Assembly (NCBI GenBank): GCA_040081625.1
Contig: JBEBGD010000047.1
Span: 1 to 38,925, forward strand
DNA from: Chthoniobacteraceae bacterium
GTDB lineage: Bacteria > Verrucomicrobiota > Verrucomicrobiia > Chthoniobacterales > Chthoniobacteraceae
Reading direction: 5' to 3'
Length of the DNA stretch: 38,925 bases
Part shown: positions 1 through 9,087 of the stretch, piece by piece
Position numbering within the stretch: position 1 is the first letter of the stretch
Layout: the number at the start of each line of letters is the position of its first letter
Position numbers and translations under genes: made by a program
The notes under the pieces: model-generated
What the model was told of the DNA's origin: nothing
Seen by the model: the letters and a program-made list of their open reading frames with translations, nothing else
Database searches by the model: none

Positions 1-470
1 CGCGCCTTTACCTCGAAACCACCATCCCCAGCTACCTCGTCGCCCGGCCCAGCCGGGATTTGCGATTGTCTGCCGATCAATTCGCGACCCACGAATGGTG
101 GGACGAATGCCGCGAGGACTACGAGTTGTTCATCTCGCAGATGGTGATCAAGGAGTCGAGGCGCGGCGATCCGGAGTTGGCAGCCCTGCGCTTGGCGCAA
201 ATGGCAGACATCCCGCTTTTGAGCGACCTGCACGAAGCTGCCGAACTCGCCAAACGGTTGCTGGCCGATCGGATCGTGCCCGAGGTAGCGGCGGACGACG
301 CTACGCACATCGCGTTGGCGGCGGCGCACGGGATGGATTATCTGCTGACGTGGAACTGCAAGCACATCAACAACCACCGCATTCGCACTCGCATCGAGCA
401 GGCTTGCGAAGCAGCGGGGCTGGTGTGCCCGGACATCTGCACGCCGGCTGAACTGATGAAACTGCCATGA
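1..470 (+). CDS. PIN-domain (VapC-like) protein, 5' truncated by window edge
   Basis: The frame is open from base 3 (RLYLETTIPSYLVARPSRD...). It carries PIN-family motifs YLETTIPSY, VIKE, DDATHIALA and YLLTWNCKHI. Confidence 0.85.
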   Translation, partial: RLYLETTIPSYLVARPSRDLRLSADQFATHEWWDECREDYELFISQMVIKESRRGDPELAALRLAQMADIPLLSDLHEAAELAKRLLADRIVPEVAADDATHIALAAAHGMDYLLTWNCKHINNHRIRTRIEQACEAAGLVCPDICTPAELMKLP

Positions 471-673
471 TCGAAAACGAAATCCTCGCCGAAATCCATC
501 GCGGGCGCGCGGAGCACGCGCGCGCGTGCAACTACGATGTGAATGTCATCTTCGCCGAGATGCGCGAAGACCTCGAACAGCTCCGCGCCGAAGGCTGGAA
601 GGTCGTGTCCTTTCCTCCGAAACGGATCGATGAACCGACCGCGATGGTGCGGGAAGACCCGCCGAAGACGTAA
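467..673 (+). CDS. Small protein coupled to the PIN gene, putative antitoxin
   Basis: ATGA overlap with the PIN stop; 68 aa; EILAEIHRGRAEHA...YDV pattern is typical of small partners downstream of this PIN type. Confidence 0.65.
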   Translation: MIENEILAEIHRGRAEHARACNYDVNVIFAEMREDLEQLRAEGWKVVSFPPKRIDEPTAMVREDPPKT

Positions 674-1047
674 AAACGAAGATCAAGGCCTTTGATGCCG
701 TGGCCGAATCGCGCAAGTGGCGCGAAGCGACCAGCCGCAAGCTCGACGCGATGGCCGTGGCGGAACGACTGGCGCACCTCGCCAGCGTGCGCGAACGCTA
801 CGCGGCGGAGCGGGAGAGCGCGGCAGCCTCGCTCGCCGGACATCTGGCGCACGAGGAACCCGCCGCGCCGAAGCCAGCGAAAGCGTTTGATGCCGTGAAG
901 GAGAGTCGCAAGTGGAAGGAAGCAGTGGCGAGAGAGATTGAGGGGATGAGCGCCGCGGAGCGGGTGGCGTATTTCCAGCGGCACTCGTCGGTCGAGACCG
1001 CGGAATCCTGCGTGGTGCGCGAAGATGCGCCGAAACCGCAAACGTGA
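670..1047 (+). CDS. Small hypothetical protein with internal tandem duplication (KAFDAV.ESRKW.EA x2); start uncertain
   Basis: The ORF is called from GTG 700, but the first repeat extends upstream in frame to 670 (GTA AAA ACG AAG ATC AAG GCC TTT GAT GCC). Confidence 0.55.
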   Translation, partial: VKTKIKAFDAVAESRKWREATSRKLDAMAVAERLAHLASVRERYAAERESAAASLAGHLAHEEPAAPKPAKAFDAVKESRKWKEAVAREIEGMSAAERVAYFQRHSSVETAESCVVREDAPKPQT

Positions 1048-3177
1048 TGCGTTCGCTCCTCCGCCTCGCGTGCTCGGCTGCCATGCACCTCGCGAGCGCG
1101 GTGCTGGCGCGGGCGACGGTGGCGGAGTCGCCCGTGTTTGCGTTCGACACGCGGGAGGACTTCAGCGGGCTCGTGGCGGAATCGGCGACGTTTGCTTTCG
1201 ACACGCGGGCGCTCGATCCGGAGACGGCTTTCGCGGAGTCGGGTGTGTTCCAGTTCGACACGCTGAACGATACGACGACCGAGGCGCCTTCGACCCGCAG
1301 CGGCGGGATCGTGACGGAGGTGGCACCGCAGCACTTGCGGGTGCGGCTGGGGAAACCGGCGAGTTTCTTTTTTCCAGGTGAGCGGCGGGAGTGCGATCGG
1401 CTACCAGTGGTATTTCCTCCCCGATCTCACGGTGAAGCCGCTGGTCGGGACGCCGCGGGCGGGCGCGACTTCGCCGCTGCTGAACATCCCGGTGGTGACG
1501 GCGAACGACGAGGGCTTCTACTACTGCGTGGCGTTCGATCCGGCCACGGGCTACGCGCGGCGCAGCCACTACGTGCAGCTCACGCCGCTGACGACACGCA
1601 TCGTGCATCTGCCGGTGATCCGGCCCGGCTCGCGGTCGTTCGTGGGGCCGTTCGATGTGCAGATCACCTGCGCGACGCCGGGCGCGGCGATCCTTTACCT
1701 GCTCGACGACGGCCGCTCTCCCGCAGCGTGGAAGGTGTATGACCCGAACGCGCCGCTGACCATCGACCGCCGCTGCGTGCTGCGCGCGTATGCGGTGAAG
1801 CGCGGCTTCAACCCGAGCAAGGAAGTCCGCGCCGGCTACGTGGACGATGCGACGGACGATGTGCCGCCGGGGCAAAATCTCGGGCAACTCACCGGCAACC
1901 GCGAGGTAACGAAGGACGGTGTCGGCGTGCTCACGGACGGCCGCTCGGTCCTTTCCCGCGACGCGGTGGATTTCTACACGTTCATGCTCGCGACCGAGCG
2001 GAAGGTCTTCCTCTCGGTGAGCGATGCGCCGGTGACGAGCCGGTTCAGCGTGGAGTTGCTCAGCGAGGCCGGCGCGCGGCAGGGCTACTTCCGCGGCGGC
2101 AGCCCGGCGCTCATCATCAAGACGCTGCCCGCCGGGATGTATCGCGTGAAGATTGCGCTGAGCGGCGACACGCAACTCAATGCGCCCTACGTGCTCACGA
2201 TCACGGATCAGGCACCCGGCGAGACGAAGTGGGCAGTCGTCACGCGCAAGCGCAAGGTGCAGCACATCGCGCTGATGGATGCGCTCACCGCCGCGCCAAT
2301 CGTCGCGGGAAAACCCGCGTGGCTCGTGATCCACGGGCGCACCTCGCGACCGTCCGCGTCGAACATTCGCAATCTAGTCGAGGCGCTCGATGGCTACGAG
2401 GCGGGCAAGCAGATCATCGCGATCGATTGGGAGACGGCGGCGGCGGACAACAATCCCGCGGAAGCGACGGTGTTCACCGCAGACGGAGAAGGCGAAGGGA
2501 GGCCAATCGTCGCCGGCGCGCGCTGGATCGGGCAGGTCGGGCGCGCTGCTGCGGCGATGCTCAAGGCCAAGGGCATCACCGCGACGCAACTCGACATCGC
2601 CGGGCATAGCTGGGGCACGTTTGTCGGGCATGAAGTAGCTGCGCAGTTCAACTCCGGCTCTCAACGGATTCCGCGCTTCATCGCATTGGACCCCGCTTCT
2701 TTCGGCGCAGGCTACACTACTGCGAAAGGCGGGCTGAAGTTCGCGACCGCAGCCCGCTACTCGATCGCGTTTTACGGCGAGCCGCAGGACCGCCTCCTCG
2801 ATGGCTCGCCTCGGGACCGTGCCGCAGCGTTGGCGTTCATCGTCTATGGCAGTCCAAAGTTCGCCGTCACCGCCCGCGACGCTTTCACGATGGTCGGCGA
2901 CGACTGGGGCCTGCTCGACGCGCACACCGAACCGGTGAACATCTTCGCCGCCATTCTCGCGCAATTGAAAGCCGGCAACCCGGACTCGTGGATGCAGCGC
3001 TTCTCGCTCTCGCAATTCAGCCAGCTCGCCGCCGGTGCGCTGCCGCCGTGGGCGGTGAACGTCTTCAACAAGGACGGCGAACCGAAGCCGGCGGGCTTCA
3101 ACGACAAAAAGGGCGAATACCTGTTCGAGGGCGCGTTCGCGATCGAAGGCAAGGACACGATCGACCAATACCCGTGA
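1044..3177 (+). pseudogene. Secreted multidomain protein (signal peptide, AES.xF.FDT repeats, Ig-like, Fn3-associated/chitobiase C-terminal-like, PPC-like, lipase-type alpha/beta hydrolase) split by a +1 frameshift near 1368-1373
   Basis: ORF 1044 gives the signal peptide and first Ig strand (PQHLRVRLGKPASF). ORF 1378 continues the Ig domain (VSGGSAIGYQWY...NDEGFYYC). Removing one T from the T6 run fuses them into about 710 aa. Lipase motifs: IHG, IDW, GHSWG, ALDPA. Confidence 0.75.
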
Positions 3178-3199
3178 CCTGGCAGGCGGAGCGCCTGCC

Positions 3200-3829
3200 C
3201 TACAGGTGCAGAAACCCGCGCCGGATCGCTTCCGTTGCGGCTTGCGCGCGGTCGCTTACGCCGAGCTTTGTGAGGATGTTGCTCACGTGGCGCTTCACTG
3301 TGTCCTCGGCGATGTGCAGCGCCGCGCCGATCTCCTTGTTGCTCTTGCCGGCGCTGACGAGGCGGAGCACTTCGATCTCGCGTTCGCTGATGTCCTGCTC
3401 CGAGACGCGCTGCGCGAGGCGCAGCGACAAGTCCGGCGGCAGGAAGCGTTCGCCGTTCGCGACGGCGCGGATCGCACGGAGCAGTTCGTCGCGCGGCGCG
3501 GACTTGAGCAGGTAGCCGCGCGCGCCGGCTTGCATCGCGCGATACACGTCCTCATCGCCGTCGAACGTGGTGAAGATGAGCACGCGCGCGTCCGGCGATT
3601 CGCGGCGCAGCGCGGTAGTGGCGGCGGTTCCGTTCGCGCCGGGCAGGCGCATGTCCATGAGCACGACATCGGGCAGGTGCTTGCGAAATTGCGCGAGCGC
3701 TTCGTCCGCATCGCCCGCCTCGGCGATCACGGCGAGGTCGTCCTCGAGCCCGAGCGACGCGGCGAGTCCGCTGCGGACGACGTGATGATCGTCCACGACG
3801 AGGATGCGGATGGGCTTGGGTCTGGGCAT
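3200..3829 (-). CDS. NarL/LuxR-family response regulator
   Basis: Receiver motifs VVDDH, DVVLMDMRLP, GYLLK and C-terminal HTH ISEREIEVL...SNKEIG...TVKRHVSNI. Confidence 0.95.
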   Translation of the reverse strand: MPRPKPIRILVVDDHHVVRSGLAASLGLEDDLAVIAEAGDADEALAQFRKHLPDVVLMDMRLPGANGTAATTALRRESPDARVLIFTTFDGDEDVYRAMQAGARGYLLKSAPRDELLRAIRAVANGERFLPPDLSLRLAQRVSEQDISEREIEVLRLVSAGKSNKEIGAALHIAEDTVKRHVSNILTKLGVSDRAQAATEAIRRGFLHL

Positions 3830-3837
3830 GATGTCTC

Positions 3838-3904
3838 CTTCTGCTTCTTCATCTTCATCTACTTCCTTCCGGCAAAGACGGAGAAGAAGATGAAGAAGCA
3901 GAAG
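3838..3904. repeat. REP-like inverted repeat with perfect 19-bp arms
   Basis: cttctgcttcttcatcttc (3838-3856) is the exact reverse complement of gaagatgaagaagcagaag (3886-3904). Confidence 0.8.
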
Positions 3905-5885
3905 CAGGGATGTCGAGCGGCACGGCGACTTCGAGCGTGGTGCCGGTGCCGGGCGCGCTGCGCAGGGTGAACTCGCCGCCGAGCTTTTGCACGCGCTCGC
4001 GCATACCGATCAAACCGAAGTGTCCGGGCGGCACGGGCGCGGCGGGATCGAAGCCGGCGCCGTCGTCATTCACCGCGAGTCGCACGCGATCGGTGGCGAA
4101 GTCGAGCGTGATGGCGACGCGCTGCGCGCCGCCATGTTTCACCGCGTTGGCCGTGGCCTCCTGCGCGACGCGGAGCAGTTCGTGGCCGACATTCCCGGGC
4201 ACTCGGTGCGCCTCGCCTGTGGTGCGGACTTCGAACTGCCGGCCGGTCACGACGTTTGCGACGGCTTGCGAGATCGCCGCGGCGAGCGGTTGCCCGGCGA
4301 ACGCGGTGTCGCGGAGATTCCACACGAAGCTGCGCGCGCCGGCCTGAAGCTGCTGCACGAGTCGCCGCGTGGCGGTGAGCAGATCCCGCAGCTTTGATTC
4401 CTCGGCGCGCGTCGCGGCGGCATCGAGGCGCAGGCTCACGCCGACGAGTTCCTGTTCGAGCGTGTCGTGGAATTCGCGTGCGATGCGCTGCCGCTCATCG
4501 GCGACGGCTGCCGCTTCGACCTGCGAGCGGATGAGCGCCGTCTGCCGGAGCACCTGCCGCCGCAGCAACGCGGCCCATGCGAGCGCGAGCAGCATCAGCG
4601 CGAGCAGCGCGGAGGCGGCGATGGCGAGACGCCCGGCGGTCCACCAGGGCGGGAGGCGCAGGATTTCGATCGACTGCACGAGCAGATCGAAGGCGCCCGC
4701 GCGTGTGTTGAAGCTGCGGGCCGGTTGCGTCGTCCCGGCCACGCGGCAGACGCCGGTGAGCCGCAGCCGTGCGCCGACCTCGGGCGCGGTCGGAGGGCTG
4801 GGGCGCAGGATGGCGGTGAAGACGGAACCGTCCGCCTGCATCGTGAGCGTGAGACGATCCGCATCGCGCACCGCGTCCCGCACGTCGGCGTCGATCCGCA
4901 CGAGATCGGAGTCGTGTTTTCCGGTGAGCAGGTCCGGCAAGGTTGCGGGCATGGGCTGCGCGTCGCCGGTCTCGCCGGTGCGGATCAAAGCGGCGTCGTC
5001 GAGTTCCGCGCTGAAGGTGCCCATCGCGGGGAAGCCGAGAGCCTCGACGATCTCGCCGGGCGCGAAGATTTCGCTGCTCGCGCTGCGGACGCGAAGGCCC
5101 TGCTCGCCGTCGCGCAGATAGACTGCGCTGCCGGGTTCGTGATGCGTCACAGTGCCGCGCACTTTTACGCGATGTCCCGCGCGCCCGCCGGGGGCGAAGC
5201 GCAGCAGCTCGGAGGCGGGCGTGGGCGCGGGTTCCGGCGGCGCGGCTTCGAGTATCGTGATGTCCGCGAGCGAGCGCAGGCGGAGGTGCGGGGAGACGAG
5301 TTGGCGGCGGTCGTTGATGAATCCCGCTGCGATGCCGACGACGCGGACCGTGGCATCGAGGAATCGCTCCTCGGGTTCAGAATCGTCGGTGACCGGGATG
5401 AGCTCGATCGATCCGTCGCCGAGCGCGAGCTTGAGCACCGGGAACTCCGCGGTCGCCGTGATCGCGCGGATGATGCCGCGCACCTCTACCCACTCGTAGT
5501 GAAACTGCCCGGACGCGAGTTGCTCGTAGTTGAGCGCGGGCGGCGCGGGCAGCTCGCCGTCTCCGCGCACCGTCACGTTTTTCGCCACGATGCCGGTGAC
5601 GTAGAGGCCGGGAAAGGTGTTGCCTTCGACCTCGATGCGCTGGCCGCTGCTGAGCGTGAATCGCGTCTGCGTGCGGATGAAGGTCGCGCCTGTTTCGTCG
5701 CGGAGAAAAGCGGTGCCGTTGGTCTCCACGAGCGTCACGGTCGCGTGGATGCGGACGGGGTGGGGGAGCCTGGCTTCTTCCTCCGAGAGTGCGCGGAGTT
5801 CGCGTGCGGTAATGAGCAGGCGCGGCGCGTCCTGCGCGTTTGCGATCAGCGCCGCGACGAGGAAGGCTAGTAGCCGAGCAGCCAC
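3855..5885 (-). CDS. Sensor histidine kinase (HisKA_3/NarX type) with large duplicated extracytoplasmic region
   Basis: ERQRIAREFHDTLEQ H-box, QEATANAVKHG N-box, DDGAGF, HFGLIGMRERV. Probable GTG start at 5885 gives the signal-like sequence MAARLLAFLVAALIANA. Confidence 0.92.
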   Translation of the reverse strand: MAARLLAFLVAALIANAQDAPRLLITARELRALSEEEARLPHPVRIHATVTLVETNGTAFLRDETGATFIRTQTRFTLSSGQRIEVEGNTFPGLYVTGIVAKNVTVRGDGELPAPPALNYEQLASGQFHYEWVEVRGIIRAITATAEFPVLKLALGDGSIELIPVTDDSEPEERFLDATVRVVGIAAGFINDRRQLVSPHLRLRSLADITILEAAPPEPAPTPASELLRFAPGGRAGHRVKVRGTVTHHEPGSAVYLRDGEQGLRVRSASSEIFAPGEIVEALGFPAMGTFSAELDDAALIRTGETGDAQPMPATLPDLLTGKHDSDLVRIDADVRDAVRDADRLTLTMQADGSVFTAILRPSPPTAPEVGARLRLTGVCRVAGTTQPARSFNTRAGAFDLLVQSIEILRLPPWWTAGRLAIAASALLALMLLALAWAALLRRQVLRQTALIRSQVEAAAVADERQRIAREFHDTLEQELVGVSLRLDAAATRAEESKLRDLLTATRRLVQQLQAGARSFVWNLRDTAFAGQPLAAAISQAVANVVTGRQFEVRTTGEAHRVPGNVGHELLRVAQEATANAVKHGGAQRVAITLDFATDRVRLAVNDDGAGFDPAAPVPPGHFGLIGMRERVQKLGGEFTLRSAPGTGTTLEVAVPLDIPASASSSSSPSLPEGSR

Positions 5886-6544
5886 GTCGCCGAGGTGACC
5901 CGCGATGCGGGATGGCGCGGATCGGCGGCCTGCACTTCGGCGACGACCTGTGCTTTGCCGGCGTCCTTGACGAGGAAGACGACGCTGCGCGCAGCGTTGA
6001 TGAGCGGGAAGGTCATCGTGAGGCGTTGCGGCGGCGGCTTCGGCCCGATGACGGGGAGGACGTTGCGCGTCGTCTCGTCGAGCGCCGGCGAGCCGGGGAA
6101 GATCGACGCGGTGTGGCCATCCGGGCCGAGACCGAGCAGGAGCAGGTCGTGGACGTAGCGCGGCTCGCCGCATCGCGCGGCGACGGCGGCGAGCTTCGCC
6201 TCGTATTCTCTCGCGGCGACGGCGGGATCGATCTCGCCGCGCATTCTAAATATGTTGCCCTCCGGGATCGGGACGGCGCTGAGGAGGGACTCGTGCGCCA
6301 TGCGGTAGTTGCTGTCCTTGTCGTCGGGCGGCACGCAGCGCTCGTCGCCGAAGGTGATCTGCACTTTCCCCCACGGGAAGTCGGGGGCGAGCCGCGCCAT
6401 GGCGGCGTGGATCACGCGCGGCGTGTCGCCGCCGGAGAGGGCAAGGCGGAAGAGTCCGCGCTCGGCGATGGCGGCGCGGCCTTCGTCGAGGATGTGGCGC
6501 GCGGCGTCGGTGGCGAAGTCGGTGAGGTGGATGGATTCGTGCAT
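5867..6544 (-). CDS. pgl: 6-phosphogluconolactonase
   Basis: ALSGGDTP, FGDERCVPPDDKDSNY, LLGLGPDGHTASIFPG, RLTMT; start moved to ATG 6544. Confidence 0.93.
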   Translation of the reverse strand: MHESIHLTDFATDAARHILDEGRAAIAERGLFRLALSGGDTPRVIHAAMARLAPDFPWGKVQITFGDERCVPPDDKDSNYRMAHESLLSAVPIPEGNIFRMRGEIDPAVAAREYEAKLAAVAARCGEPRYVHDLLLLGLGPDGHTASIFPGSPALDETTRNVLPVIGPKPPPQRLTMTFPLINAARSVVFLVKDAGKAQVVAEVQAADPRHPASRVTSATWLLGY

Positions 6545-6549
6545 GCGCG

Positions 6550-7017
6550 TTACATGAAACGACTCGGCAGGCTCCAATGCAATCGCGCTCCGGCGGGCGC
6601 GAGCGCGCCGAGTTCGAGAAGGGTGAGCGATGCTTTGCGGACGACGACGTGAGCACCATCGCGCATGCCGAGCAGATGCGCGGTGAGCGTCGAGAAATCC
6701 GGCTCGTGGCCGACGAGGATCAAGCGATCGAAGTTCGCGTAGGCGCGCAGTTCCGCCGTGGCGGACTCCGGGTGCATCCCGCACGCGGCCCAGCGGACGG
6801 TGATCAGCTCGGCACGGACGTGGCTGGCGACGATCGTCGCGGTCTGAAATGCGCGCCGCACCGGGCTGGTGAGGATGAGTCCCGGCGCGAGTTCGTGCGC
6901 CTCGATGAAGCGCGCGACCTTCTTCGCCTGCGCCTCGCCTTTCACCGAGAGCACGCGCTCGTCGTCGCTCGCGGCCTGGGTCTCGGCGTCGGCGTGGCGG
7001 AGAAGGAGAAGCTCCAT
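6550..7017 (-). CDS. sixA: Phosphohistidine phosphatase SixA
   Basis: LLLRHADA, LTSPVRRAFQTA, LVGHEP; the ATG at 7017 overlaps the fabG TAA (TAATG). Confidence 0.88.
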   Translation of the reverse strand: MELLLLRHADAETQAASDDERVLSVKGEAQAKKVARFIEAHELAPGLILTSPVRRAFQTATIVASHVRAELITVRWAACGMHPESATAELRAYANFDRLILVGHEPDFSTLTAHLLGMRDGAHVVVRKASLTLLELGALAPAGARLHWSLPSRFM

Positions 7018-7760
7018 TACATCACCATCCCACCATCGACGGTGAGGCACTGGCCGGTGATGTATTTGGCTTCGCCGCTCGCGAGGAAGGCGACGGCGGC
7101 GGCGATGTCGCCGGGCTCGCCGAATTTTGCCATCGGGATGTTCTTCGCGACGGTGTCCTTGATTTCCTGCGAGAGCACGTCGGTCATGTCGGTGGCGATG
7201 AAGCCGGGAGCGACTGCGTTGCACGTGATGCCGCGGCTGGCGAGTTCGCGGGCGATGGTTTTGGTAAGGCCGAGCAGGCCGGCTTTGCTCGCGGCGTAGT
7301 TCGCCTGGCCGGCGTTGCCCATGAGGCCGGCGACGCTGGCGATGTTGATGATGCGTCCACTGCGCTGCTTCATCATCGGGCGCTCGACGGCTTGGATGAA
7401 GGCGAACGCGCCCTTGAGATTGGTGTCGAGCACGGCGTCCCAGTCGGCCTCGCTCATGCGCATCGAGAGGCCGTCGCGCGTGAGGCCGGCGTTGTTCACG
7501 AGGATGTCGATGCGGGAGAAGTCGGCGAGGATTTGCTCGGCGAGCGATTTCACGGCGGCGAAGTCGGCGACATCGACTGCGTAGGCCTTGGCGAGGCCGG
7601 TGTGCTTCGTGTTGATCTCCTCGGCGGTCTTGTTGGCGTTGGGCTCGGTGCGGCTGACGACCGCGACACGGCAGCCTTCATTGGCGAGGCGCAGGGCGAT
7701 GGCGTGGCCGATTCCGCGGCCTGCTCCGGTGACGATGGCGACTTGGTTGGCGAATCTCAT
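7017..7760 (-). CDS. fabG: 3-oxoacyl-ACP reductase
   Basis: TGAGRGIG, LVNNAGLTRD, GNAGQANYAASKAG, VAPGFIATDMT, VDGGM. Confidence 0.95.
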   Translation of the reverse strand: MRFANQVAIVTGAGRGIGHAIALRLANEGCRVAVVSRTEPNANKTAEEINTKHTGLAKAYAVDVADFAAVKSLAEQILADFSRIDILVNNAGLTRDGLSMRMSEADWDAVLDTNLKGAFAFIQAVERPMMKQRSGRIINIASVAGLMGNAGQANYAASKAGLLGLTKTIARELASRGITCNAVAPGFIATDMTDVLSQEIKDTVAKNIPMAKFGEPGDIAAAVAFLASGEAKYITGQCLTVDGGMVM

Positions 7761-7831
7761 TTGGGGATGGGAGCGCGGACTGTTCCGCGCGACGACGCGG
7801 GTGCCAAGCGCGAATGTCGAGTGTGCGGATT

Positions 7832-7901
7832 TTCACCACGAAGAATACGAAGAACGGACAGGGGATTTTTTCTTCGTGACCTTCGTGTCCTTCGTGGTGA
7901 A
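7832..7901. repeat. Intergenic REP-like palindrome of the CACGAAG...CTTCGTG type
   Basis: ttcaccacgaagaatacgaag pairs with cttcgtgtccttcgtggtgaa; the cttcgtg subunit occurs three times on the right arm. Confidence 0.8.
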
Positions 7902-7942
7902 TTGCGCCGCGTCACCTCAAACTCTTACCGAACACACGACCT

Positions 7943-9007
7943 ATGGGACTCATGGACTTCATCAAAGGCGAACTGATCGAGATCATCGAATGGACCGATG
8001 ATTCGCGCGACACGCTCAGCTACCGCTGGCCGGACGACGACAAGGAAATCAAACGCGGCGCGCAGCTCATCGTGCGCGAGTCGCAGTGCGCGCAGTTCGT
8101 TTATCTCGGCCAGTTCGGCGACTGCTACGGGCCGGGCAAGCACGAGCTGGTGACCGACAACATCCCGATCCTCTCGACGCTCAAGGGCTGGAAATACGGC
8201 TTCGAGACGCCGTTCAAGGCGGACGTGTATTATCTCAACACACGCCTCTTCACCGGCAACAAGTGGGGCACGTCGAACCCGGTGATGATGCGCGACGCCG
8301 ACTTTGGCATCGTGCGGGTGCGGGCGTTCGGCACGTTCGATTTCAAGATCGTGCAGCCGCAGGTTTTCCTGAAGGAAGTCGCCGGCAGCGACCAGCACTT
8401 CCGGCTCGACGAGTTCGGCGACACGATGCGCTCGCGGATCGTCTCGCTTTTCAGCGAAGCAATCGCGCAGGCGAAGATCCCGGTGCTCGACGTGGCGACG
8501 CGTTACACCGAAGTCGGAGATGCGCTGCTGCCGCTGCTCAACGCGGTGACGGTCGGCAAATACGGGATCGAGTTCGCGACCTTCGTGCTCGAAAACGTGA
8601 GCGTGCCGCCGGAAGTCGAGCAGGCGATCGACAAGCGCTCGTCGATGGCCGCGGTGGGCAATCTCAACGACTACGTGAAATTCCAGATGGCGCAGGGCAT
8701 GGCGCAACCGGGTGGTGGCGGGCCGGGGGGCTTTGCCTCGGAGATGGCTGTCGGCATGGCCATGGCGCAACAGATGATGCAGCAGCCCGGCTTTACTCCG
8801 CCGACCACGCCGTCGGCGGCGCCAGGTGCGCCCGCAGCGGCAGCCGCAGTGCCTGATCTTCTCTCTCCCGCCGACGCGGCTACGGCGCTCGGCGTGAGTG
8901 AAGCCGACGTGCTCGCGACGCTCGATAGCGGCGAACTCAAGGGCAAAAAGATCGGCTCCGCGTGGCGGATCACGCGCAAGGCGCTCGACGAGTTTCTCGC
9001 CAGCTAA
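7943..9007 (+). CDS. SPFH/Band-7 domain protein (YdjI-like) with C-terminal excisionase-type HTH
   Basis: IEIIEW, AQLIVRESQ, GTSNPVMMRDADFGIVRVRAFG, ENVSVPPEVEQAIDKR; C-terminus LLSPADAATALGVS...GELKGKKIGSAWRI. Confidence 0.88.
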   Translation: MGLMDFIKGELIEIIEWTDDSRDTLSYRWPDDDKEIKRGAQLIVRESQCAQFVYLGQFGDCYGPGKHELVTDNIPILSTLKGWKYGFETPFKADVYYLNTRLFTGNKWGTSNPVMMRDADFGIVRVRAFGTFDFKIVQPQVFLKEVAGSDQHFRLDEFGDTMRSRIVSLFSEAIAQAKIPVLDVATRYTEVGDALLPLLNAVTVGKYGIEFATFVLENVSVPPEVEQAIDKRSSMAAVGNLNDYVKFQMAQGMAQPGGGGPGGFASEMAVGMAMAQQMMQQPGFTPPTTPSAAPGAPAAAAAVPDLLSPADAATALGVSEADVLATLDSGELKGKKIGSAWRITRKALDEFLAS

Positions 9008-9087
9008 GCCGGAGCGCGTCCGGCGGTCTTAGACGTTGACGTTTCGCCGAGTTGCAAGACACTCGCTCGCGCCGGCTTTCCGAACCC

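Noticed and set aside
1374..1742. C-terminal part of the 232-aa ORF as a real protein
   Set aside because: Out-of-frame read-through after the frameshift; the Ig-domain sequence continues in the other frame.
5886..6173. N-terminal extension of the histidine kinase ORF
   Set aside because: Overlaps pgl in another frame; the signal-like sequence begins at GTG 5885.
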